Below are positions 27,301 through 39,300 of a DNA stretch of 64,000 bases, piece by piece. The notes under the pieces are model-generated. The model was not told the origin of the DNA. It worked only from the letters and a program-made list of their open reading frames with translations, and did no database searches. Both the position numbers and the translations under genes were made by a program. Origin of the DNA: Octopus bimaculoides (Eukaryota); contig NC_068990.1 of assembly GCF_001194135.2 (NCBI RefSeq), forward strand, positions 17,776,002 to 17,840,001, given 5' to 3'. Each line of letters opens with the position of its first letter. The stretch's first letter is position 1.

Positions 27301-30300
27301 TCTATTCCCCTTCAGTTATAGGGGTCACTTTACATCCTTTTAATCTTGCAAGGTGATCTCACTAGGAATGGTACCATGAAAATAAACATCCAGTACACTC
27401 TGTGATGTGATTGGCATTAAGAAAAGCATCCAGCCGTAGAAACCATGCCAAGCAAAACATTGGTGCATAACACAGTCCTATGACTTATCAAATTCTGTTG
27501 AACTGTCCAACACATGCTAACATGGAAGACAGATGTTAAATGATAATTACTAAGTAAATGAAAATGTTATTTTGATTTTTGAAATTTTCTAGTTTAAGCA
27601 AGTTACTTGTTAGATATAAGGGACCTAGCTCTGATCAAAAGGTCATGTTGGGTAAGCTATGGGTTATAAAAATAGGCGATCATTTACTTAAAATATAAAA
27701 TATACCATGGTAACACAGCATCATAGTACTGGCTGTGGTTGAAACCCTCCACTCCATCCTCCTCCATCTCAGGTTGGCCCTTATGGTCAAAGGTGTTCCA
27801 GCTGTGACCAGCTTTCTCTTTAGGGATGTCTTGGGTTACGATATCTAATCTTTCACTCTCCTGCATTCCCACCACCACTCTCAAGCAGTAGAATATGATT
27901 TGAAGGATATTTGACTGTTATCTCTAGTAGGCTGACCTATTACATTGAAGCTTCCATGTTGGTGCATAGCAATACATTTCTGTCAGGTATTTTTGGCTGA
28001 AACAGTCAACAGAGGGAAGTATAAAATAATGACCATATATAGGTGCAAGCATGGCTGTATGGTTTAAGTAGTTTGCTTCCTAAGTATGGGGTTTAGGGTT
28101 CAGTCCCACTCTGTGACACCTTGGAGAAATTTTATTTTTTTCTTATAGATACTTGCCCAGGTTACTGTGGAGTGGGACTGAACCTGAACCCATGCAGCTG
28201 TAGAGCTAACTGCTTAACCACACAGCCAAGCCTGTCCCTAAAGTTACTTAATGAAATTTGCTCCAAGGTGTTTCAGTTTTTAATCACCTCAATTTATTCT
28301 CCTTTTCTATCTTAGCTTCTGATTGCTGAAAATGAATTATCAAAAACTCAAGCTGATTTGGAAGAGAAATCCCAAAAGCTCGATGAATCTGAAAAACAAA
28401 CTAATGAACTGGAAAGCCAAATTGCCTATTTACTTGAGCAAGTTGATAGTCTAACAGTTGAAAGGTTTGTAATGTTATTGTCAATTCTCTGGCATCTGAT
28501 TGATTTTTATTCAAAACATAAACCAAAAAATATTAATTAGGGGAGCAGGGTTATTATTTAAGTGCCGCTGTAGCCATGATAAGATGTTTGTTTCACAACC
28601 ACCTGGTTCTGGGTTCATCGACCACATGGTACTTAAGAATTGAGTTTCCTACTGTAGCCTTTTGTGTGAAATTTGGTAGATTGTAACTGTATGGAAGTTA
28701 TCATCCTCATCCATAGTACAGTCTCGACAAATTTGTGGCCTTGCTGGAGCCCATGTCAGACAAAATGCTTTGTGACATTTTTTCCAATTCTTTGTATTCT
28801 AATTTTAAACCCAACTAAAGTTGACTTTGCCTTTCATCCTTTTGGGTATAATGAAATAAGCACCAGGGTTGAGGTAATTAACTAACCCCAACCCCTAAAA
28901 TTGCTGGCCTTCTGCAAAACTTAAAACGAAAGGTAGTGACCTAGCAGAAATGTTAACACATTGGACAAAATGCTTTGTAGCATTTCTTGTGGCTCTTTTA
29001 CATTGAGTTCAAATTCTGCTTATGTTGACTTTGCTTCTCATCCTTTCTGGGTTGATTAAATAACTACCAGTTGATTGACTGAATTCTTCTTAAAATTTCT
29101 GGACTTATTAAATTTGAAACTGTCATTCTTATTATTTAAGGTGGTGAGGTGGCAAAATTGCTAGAGCATAAAAAAAATGTACATTCTGAGTTCAAATCCC
29201 ATCAAGGTCAACTTATGGCCAATAAAATGAAGTACCAGTGAAGTACATAGTTATTTCATGTCCACTTTCTATGCTGGTATGGATTGTCATGACCTTAGCC
29301 AATTCTTATTGAAAAGCACTACTTTCTGCTCTCCACCACCCCAGATGATTTGGCGGAACATATCTTGCCTGTATGTTTCATATTTAGGTTTGTTTGTGTT
29401 TAGGTGCTCTTCCCAACATCACTCACTTTATACAGTATAGACATGGCTGTGTGGTTAAGAAGCTTGCTTCCCAACCATTTGATTTCAGGTTCAGTCCTAC
29501 TATGTCACACTTTGGCCAAGTGTCTTCTACTATAGCCTTGGGCCAGCCAAAGTCTTGTAAGTGGATTTGTTAGACAAAAACTTAAAATAGCTAGTTGTAT
29601 ATGAGTGTGATTGTGTGTACACTCTTGGCATCATGTGATGATTGTAAATGAGCATCATTGTACAGGCAGTGTTGTTTGTTTCCTATCTTCTGTGAAAAGT
29701 CTGCCTGGCCACAGGTGAGGATTGGTAAAAGGAGGAACATCTTGTCGTAGAAAATCTATATCAACCAATTACAGCTGACCCATGTACATATGGGAAGAGC
29801 ATCTAGCTTCAGAAACAAACCCTAATATGAAACAAGCCCCCACAGCTGCCTGACTAATTTACTGGTACCTTACAAAGTACAGTGTTAATAAACCTGTTTC
29901 ATTTATACTAATGTACAGGTATCTGTATTTCATTTAATTATTTAAGTAAATTTAATATTTAATTTAGATTCTGCAGGCCTAGGTGACTACTCTTGGTTCA
30001 GAAAAATCAGTAATCTGGAATGGCTTTGGAATCAAATGTTCCAGGAAATCAATGTTATACTTCTGTGTGTGTGTGTTTGTTTTTTGACATGCCAAATTGC
30101 ATTTACTTTGTCAAAAACATAACTTAGTGTTCCTTTTACTTCTTGTGACTTACTTTTTTTTTATGTCTAGAATCATCTTCATCTCTACTTATCTTCCATA
30201 TCTTCTCATACATATACTTTTTGCCAACATATATTTGTGTGTGTGTGCGTGCATACATTTATTCGTTTATTTAAATGATTTGTTACATGTAGAACCAAAA

Positions 30301-33300
30301 TGTGTGTGTGTATAAATGTATGACTGTATAAAAATATTTAGTGTTTATCCATGAAAATGTCTTGAAACAATCTGTTCTTTCTTCACTAATTAGCAATTTA
30401 TTAAAAGAAGAATGTAAAGCAAGAGCACAAGCTGTTGAGACACTTACAATTGACAAGTCAGCCTTTGAAAAACGAGTCATTGAATTGACATATGCAGTGA
30501 AACAGGTATGTTCCATTTGCAAATCATTTCCATCCCTCTCAGTCTCTATGGCTTCCAATATTCATCAGCTTTTCATCAGAATTATTTAACATTCATGTTC
30601 TCCACACTAGCATTGGTTGATCAGCCCAACAGGGCCCACTGGGTCTGAGGACTCTGTTATGTTCCAATGTTTGCTTTGGCATGGTTTCTACAACTACTGC
30701 CCACCCCTTTACAGAGTGCACTGAATGCCCTTTTCTTTTTGTAGCCCCAGCACTGATGAAATTGCTATATAGCTCACAAAACTGAGATTCTCTTTGATTG
30801 AGTGGGAGTGCAATAGAGAGGGAGGTGGTTTTTATGCTGGGAGATGTGTGGTTAAAGTATGAAAGGAGGAGGAGGCCAGAACAGGATTCTTGCTGTAGAG
30901 CAGCCACATGGTTACTTGCATTACACTGTAATGGGTGGGAGCAATCAGGGTGGAACTGGAAAGAGAGATAAAGATGGTGGTGATGGGGTCTAAGGGTGGA
31001 CCCTCAAGATACAGGATGAATGGGAGTGGAAACAGAAGCAGCATAAGAAGGGTGGGTAGACAGAGGTTGCAAGAATTTATTTATTCTTAATGCCAGCACT
31101 GGACTGTTGATTTATTTAACTTCACAAATACTCCTGTTCAAAAGTATTCAACCATCATTTTGTCTGTTTATTTAGGAGTATATTTGCCTAATGTGTCCTT
31201 CCTTTTTTTAATTTTATATTTTTGTTAAAGATAATAGGATGTAAGTTGAGGGAGGGATTTTGCTGCTCATTTTAACAGGTTCAGCTGCATAGACTTCCTA
31301 CTTGGTTCGAACATTGGAAGGTTCTATATTGTGCTGTGTTGCATATATTATATGCTGGAATCTTTCCATGATTTTCTTAGCATTGGCTTTTGGGATGAAG
31401 TAGGTGAATGGTGTTGGAAGTAACCTTTGCAGTGTCCTCCCTCTCAAACTAGTGGGACTGATGTGATTGATGTCCCTTTTCGAATGTCTGAAGGGAAAAT
31501 GTGGGTTGGGAGGAATTTCCACTGCATTTTTTTGTTGGGAAGGGAAGAATAAGTAAAATGTTTAGACATCCATTAGGGCTTTGTTTTCGGTCCCTTACTG
31601 CTCGTAATCGGTTGTAACAAAATACAAGACCAGTTGTCAGTATGTACTCCTATATATTATTATTTAAAAAAAAAATTTTTTTTTTTTTGCCCACAAGGGG
31701 CTAAACATAAGGGGGACAAACAAAGACAGACAAAGGGATTAAGTCGATTACATCGACCCCAGTGCGTAACTGGTACTTAATTTATCTACTCCGAAAGGAT
31801 GAAAGGCAAAGTCGACCTCGGCGGAATTTGAACTCAGAACGTAAAGACAAACAAAATACCGCTAAGCATTTCACCTGGCCTGCTAACGTTTCTGCCAGCT
31901 CTCTGCCTTTGTATGTCCTCCTATATATGTATGTACTCCTAGTATGTACTCCTATATATTGATGACCAAATTCTCATAGCTGAATCTGTTGAAAATTTCA
32001 AAAAGAGAGTCCAAATGAATGTTAATATGCATGAACAATGGAGTAGAAATGAGCTCAGTGAAGAAATTAGATATGTGAGGTGGTGTACTATCAGCAAGTT
32101 CAGAGAGATATAATAATTGTAGTTACAGTGAAGAGACGGAGGATGCAGGTTAGGTGCACAAATGGTTGAGTAACCCAGGTTTGGTTTATCAGAACCATAC
32201 ATACATAATGCATGCATGTGTGTCTATACACATGCATTCACATATCCCTAACAATTTTATTGTTCACAAATGTATGCAATAAAAGATTTTAAAAAATATC
32301 CTTATTTCAGAAATCTCAACATGTATCAAGCTTAGAATCTTCAACTGCCGAACTAGAAAACAATCATGTGACTTTACAAAGAAATTATGATTTATGTAAG
32401 ACAAAAGTAAGTTTACTGTTGAAACATTTAAACAAGTCTTATAAATTTTGATATTTCAATATAGTTTGATGAACTTCTCTTTTTTAGATGTCATTTTATA
32501 TTGCTAATCACTCAACTGTGAAGTAGGGGTGGAACCTGTTGTCAGCCATATGAAAAGATGTTTTATCCATGAAACAATGACTGCAGTAACATTTAAACTT
32601 GTAATTTTAACCATGTGCTCAGTAATCCAGCTTCTTAGACTCTCTTTGGTCCAGGGCTAGATTAGAATACACTTGCCCAAGGTGGTACACAGTGGGCCTG
32701 AACTAGAAACCATGTGGTTGGGAAGCAAACTTCTTTACACAGCCATGCCTGTGACTATATAAAGGAAAATGTAGTCCTAGATAATATATCCATCTCTTCC
32801 CTAAATAAAAAATGGAATGGTCTAGGTTGGATAGTCCTTGGTTATAAGTTTGCTCTTTCCAAGCTGAGTTGGGGGTGGGGAACTAAACAATGTCATTGTT
32901 ATTTATATAACCTCAGGTTAAACAACAGATTTGAACAGACCCGTGATCAAAAGCACTCCAATCATAACCAGCCTATCCTTCAGTTAAGAATAATGTCTTG
33001 AAATACATCAGCCAGTGTGTCTGCAACTTTTCTTACAAGATGATAGGATGTAATTTAAGGGATCCTTGACTACTGATTCTAGCATTGCTTTACAACACTA
33101 TAAAAACTGTCATGGTAGCTCTCAAGTGACTTAGTAGCTATGGTTCCCTTTTTATGGATGTTTCTTTGTAAATGTTGAAGAATGACAGAACCATTCAATA
33201 TGTTCATTTCAGATGACCAAAACTATTGAAGAAAAGAATGACCTAATTGTCCATTTAGAAGAACGGGTTAGCACACTTGAACAACGTTTGAATGATCATG

Positions 33301-36300
33301 GTCTGTCAGAAAATGATCAAATTAAGGCTTTACAATCAGAGGTAAGTTTAATTTTATGTTTTGGCAAGAAACTATTGATCAATGATCCATCTAAGCCATG
33401 CTGCAGGTTTGCATACACATCTCATGGGACTCTTAGAAGAAAGGAATCGGCATACAAAAAAAAAAAGAAAAAAAAATATAGTGGCTAAGTTGGTTATAGG
33501 ACTTTGTTCCTGTTATTGTTGTTATTATAATTAATAATAATGGCTTAAAATTTTGGCACAAGGCCACCAAGTCTGGGGAAGCGAGTAAGTCAATTACACC
33601 CCCCCCCCGTGTTCAACTGGTACTTATTTTATTGACACTGAAAGGATGAAAGGCAAAGTCAACAGGATTTAATCTTTTTTGTTACCATATTTCTGTTGTG
33701 ATACACAATTTTTGTTTGTAATTAATTTTGAAAATAATAAAGAATTTAGTAAAATAACTATCATTAAGATGGTGTTTAGGAACATAAATTGTTGTGAGAT
33801 TTTGATGAAAGGTTTTAATTTAGATCACTTAAAAATCGTTTGTATCATAGAACCACTGGGCAGTCTTGAGTAGACTGGTATCAGAAAGGTTATACTCAGA
33901 ACAAAAAGAGTTGGGAGAAATGATGCAAAGCACTTCCCTCGTTACTCTTATGCTTCTGCCAATCCACTGCTGTTTAATTAGGCAACACAAGGCTGAGTGT
34001 GGTGTGATTTAATTGAATTGACTCCAGCCTTAGCTGACACTTTATAAAGCCCGAGAATGATGAAAGACGAAGTTGTTCTTGGCAGGGTTTGAACTTAAAA
34101 ATTAAACTATAAATACCACAAAATATTTTGTCTGATGCTTTAATGATTCTGCTAATTCACCTGTCTAATGATAAATTGTTTGTATTTTCTTTTTCTAGAG
34201 GGATAGCCTTGAGAAAAAGTTGTCTGAGTCACGGCAACAGTTGCAGGAAGTAAAGTTTACTTGGAGTGACAAGATAACCCACCTTGAAGGGCAGGTAAGA
34301 CTGAAATATATAGTGTCGTTTAATGATGTTGTTTAGCCCAAGTCAGCCTTGAACCGAGCAAATCATAAATGATCCAGATCTTTAGATTACAGCTATGTTG
34401 GCAAAACAAAAAAATATCTGAATCAGAAAACTTATTTACCTCCAGGCAGACCTGAATAAGCAGAACTATGATCAAAAGCATTTCTCATCCCATCTTTTTT
34501 CAGATGTTACATATTTATAACTACATTGTCTAATGTCTTTCTTCACACTTTCTGATGGTCGGGTGTAATGTGAGAGAGATTTGACTTCTGTTTCTAGTTG
34601 CCTCAGAATCTATGTTGAGCAGTACTCGAAAAGTCTTGACTCTGATTGTAACCCCTTCAAAAGTGATCATGATCCCAAAATTGTATATAGGCTGCTAGGT
34701 TATTCCTTTTGCTGAATGAAAAACTACCTCTTGTTGAACCTTGTTTGTTGGTTCAAGAAAGGGAGCGTGTGGGAAATTCTGATGGATGGCTACTGGTGGT
34801 ATATTTAACACACAATTAATAGAAATTGAGTTTTGTTGTGGTTTCTTTTTTTTAAAAAAAAGATCATTTTCGTTCATTCGAAATTGTTTTTTCTTCAATT
34901 CTCAGATCTCCCATCTGAATGCGAAGATTATAGAAGACAGTGAAGAATTAAGTGGAAGTCAACAGGCAGCTAATTTAGAAAAGATAAATCTGCACAAACA
35001 GGTATATCATCACCATCATCATTATCTTCATCATCATCATCATCATTGGTTTTTGTGATATACATTTTTTTTTTTGGCTTATTCATGCTGGGTTAGATTT
35101 GCTGTATAAAATCTTTATAGTTGTCTTGTAAATGCTGCTTTAAGTTGCATGTGGCTTTTAGTTGGTTTTATGATTTAGATGTGTATCTCCATTCTAAAAT
35201 GGAAATACAGCATCCCTGCATGTCCTTAGAGGTAACTAAAAGGGTTGGCAACAGGAAGCGCATCCAGCTGTAAAAACCTGTCCAATCCATGCCAGCATGG
35301 AGAAAAAAAAAAGCAGATGTAAAATGATGATGACAATGATGGTGATGATTATACCTTCTTGTTGCTAACCATTTTGATGGAGCAACCTGAGTAACACTAC
35401 CATATTATTAAATGAGAGAGAGAGAGAGAGAGAGAGAGCATGAATGTTTGAGTTTATAAAATACTGGGCTGCTGGCCAAGAAGCTAGCAGTGCTGGTTGT
35501 TGTTTAGCCTAGATCAGCCCCGACTGAACAGGCCTTGAATTAGAAGCTTGCCAGCAATTGTTTCTGGTGTAATATATCTAGGACTACATTATCTAATAAC
35601 TTCATTTTTTAAAGAGATAAGGTATGATTTGAGGAAAATTTGACTGCTATTCTTAGCAGATTGAATGACCATGTAGAAGTGTCATTATTGACCCAAAGAG
35701 ATTGTTGGTTTGTATCATCATGTCACTAATGTGTCTGAGTTAAGGATCTTGCTCTGAAATGGCTCAGCTTGCCTAGCTTTAAACAGGTATCACAAGGTTG
35801 AAACAACTTCATGCTGGAAACAGCAGCAGTGATACTGTACAACTGATGAAATTTACCAGTATTTCTTCTTGGCTTGTAGTGTAGAGTTCCACTTTCTTTG
35901 TGGGTCAAGAGATGATTCTGTTCCTCTACTCAAATATCTTTGTTCACTTTGCTATTGGAATCAGACTTAGGTTCTCATGAGTTGCTTGTGCTGGCTACAG
36001 TATACCAATTCATCGTACATAGGGATCCACACTATTAGGTAGGTATCTCATTTCTCTCCAATAGATTACACCATTGTTGTAGTTCTTCTTTTAGCATGAT
36101 CAAGACTTCGTCCACACTATTTTCCTATTTCAACTAACATATACTCTTATGCTTTTTACTTAGCCTTTTCATCATACGTTGGTGAGCATAGTGAAAGCTG
36201 TTTCATTGATGAGGTCATAAGTGTACAGTTGTCTCCCATGTTGAAAAGAAAGAAAATATTAATCACTAGTTTTTTTTTTTTCCTTGTCAAATTAATCTTA

Positions 36301-39300
36301 GTTAACGTTTTTTTATATTCCCTGCATTGTATTAACACTAATTCAAATTTTATTATTTTTAAAATATTTGTTTTAGCTGATTTGAACAAAAGACCAAGTG
36401 TACTCCTCATTTTTATAAACAGTATTTAGCTAGAAATACTTTTCTTATTAAATTACCAATGTTAATGAGACATGTATCTGAGGGGGTTAGGGAAGTATTT
36501 TGCTCATTAGAAAGTCTAAAGTTTTGTTGAAATCAATAGAAATTATCTCATCCTGCCTTGATTTTTCTTTCACTTGGTTACTTGTGGACCATAATAGAAA
36601 ACCAATGCTCTTTGATCTTGGCAGTTCACTCTCTTCAGATTAATCAAATGAAGTATGTAAGAATTGGTTTAACTTATATTGGGATCTTCTGATTTGGCAG
36701 ATGTATTGTCAGAGGTATTTTATCTGTGACCATCCCATCTTGCTTTTACGAGGCAATGACCAAGACCTTTGGCATGATGTCGTGCTTGAGAAGAAGACCC
36801 ACTGAGCTGAGCAAAATCGCAGTCATGGCAGATACTGGTGTCATGCAAATGGCATCCGTGCTGGTGGCACTCTCGGGGTGGTTGGTGTTAGGAAGGGCAT
36901 CCAGCCATAGAAAACCATGCCAAATCAGACTGGGGTCTGGTGCAGCCTTCCAGCGTGCCAGCCCAGTCAAACCGTTTGACCGATGTCAGCATGGGCAACG
37001 GCCGTTAAATGATGATGAGTCTATCAAGTCCTGCATTATTTCACCCACGGGCATATGGCATAGTGGTTAAGAGCGCGGGCTACTAACCCCAAGATTCCGA
37101 GTTCAATTCCAGGCAGTGACCTGAATAATAATAATAATAACATCGAAAAATACCTTAGCAATGAGAACCCAGGTTCGAAATTTCCCCAAGACACCTGATG
37201 AAGGCTGGAGGGTATATCAGCCAAAACGTGTTAATAACAAACAAGATGAGTACAAATATCCGTCAATTGTAAATAATGTAAATAATTATTTCACCTGTTC
37301 TTCATTTTTTAAGTCCTCAGGATATGATTGTAGGGAGTTGTTTTGAGATGCAGGATTAATTTGGATCATGGATTGTTAAAAGATTGTGTGACAGTAGAAT
37401 TGTTAACGTTGGACAGAATGTTCCATTGTATTTGGTCCAACTCTCCACACTCTGAGTTCAAATCCCACCAGGATCAACTTTGCATTTTATCCTTTCAGAG
37501 TCAATAAGAAAAAAATAACCAATCTAAGGTGGTAGATTGGAACTTCAAGAACATCAGATCAGAATGCCTTGAAATATGTGTGTATATGCATGTGTGTGTA
37601 TGCATGCATGTATATATGTATGTATATATATATATATATATAATTTTGTTGACAGCCCAGGCAGTTAATCTTGCATTCACTATACTTAATTCATCACCTG
37701 ATTTAAACCCTCACCCCTATCTAGATACCTTTAGCAGAGACCTCTGTTTCAAACATTCACATTAGATTTCAGATCTGAGGTAAGCTCCAGTATATTGATC
37801 TGTAACTTCCTGCTGCAGTGACCAATAAATTTATACTTTACTCTTATCAGTTTGTAATGTCGTGGCTACTGACCTTCCTTCTTTGATAAAGTGAAAGAAA
37901 TGAAATAAAAAAAAAGGCAGTTCAATATGGCTACCTTTACTGAAAGATAAATATAAATAATGTAGAACTGTAATAGTAATCATAAATGCATCTGTGGCCT
38001 TGCTAGTAAGAGTGTTATTATTCTTTGTTTGGAAACAAAGATTCCTATAAACTCATTCATGTATAAAACAGATGAGGATGATTGGTGACCTAATCAATCA
38101 AATGTAATAGAGATGCAAATATTAAAATATGTTAATCTTGAAAAATGAGGTCAATAATCTTATTAACCCTTTTGATACCCACCTACCTGAGACCGTTTTA
38201 GGTCAGTGTGAAAAATCTACTGATTTAAAATTAAAAGTTCATGTTAATTTATGTTCCAAACATTTACTTAATAATGAGTTACCTAATTCTTCATTATTTT
38301 CAAATTTAATTGAAACAAATGCAGTGTAGTTTAAGAGATATAATAAAGCAGGCCTCTGTTTAAAGGGATGCCAGCCATGACCATCCAGTCATTTTTTTTT
38401 TTTTTTCTGTATATTTAAACATATTAAAGCCCCAGATTACATTATCCAATGATGGTAAGGTATGATTTAACCTTTTTGAAACAAACCTGCCTGAGGCTGC
38501 CCTCGATTTTATGATGTCTAAACTAAAACCTTCCTTCAAAATTTCAAGCTAATTTATGTTCCAAGCATCAGCTTAATAATGACAGTTATTTTTCTCAATT
38601 TTTCATTATTTTAATTGAAATATAGTAAAGTGGTTGGCATTTGGAAGGGCAATTAGCCGTAAAAATTATGCCGAAACAGAGAGGGAAGTGTGGTGTAGTC
38701 CTCTGGCCGGCCACCACCTGTCAAATTGTCCAACTCCTGCTAGTGTGGAAGACGGATGTTAAATGATGATGATAGTATATTTCAGCAGGAATATAGTAAA
38801 AAAGAAAAAAAGTGAGAGTTAATAATGATAAACTTATTTTACTAAATTCTTCATTATTTTAAAAATCAATTGAAATAAAGATGGTGTATTTCATTTGAAG
38901 TATAATAACAAAAGGGTTTGTTTTGTGATTTTATTTATGTATGTTTAGATTTATTGTTTTGTTTTCTTGTAGATTGAAGATCTGCAAATGAAACTAGATG
39001 ATGCAGAAAAGAGAGTATCAGAGAACTGGGACCTTGCCACTCAAAAGGATGTTTTACATGAGAAGGAGGTATGTTTATATCACTCTGTTGTTGTTTAGCC
39101 CCAAGTCATCCTTGTTCTTAAGGATATGATCAAGGATAATCCAGTTGTGACCATCTTGTCTTCTAGTATAGACTACAATGTCCTTTGTATCTTTTACTTT
39201 TTATGCTGGTACCATAAAAAAGGCTCCCAGTACATGCTGTAAAATGGTTGTTGTTAGAAAGTGCATCCGGCCATAGAAACCATGCCTAAGCAGACATTAA

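Noticed and set aside
35002-35058. Poly-His tract [13 protein letters not shown] in ORF 34786-35058
   Set aside because: It lies after the exon 12 donor and is an intronic (CAT)n microsatellite. The poly-Asp and poly-Ile ORFs at 21710 and 21089 have the same cause.
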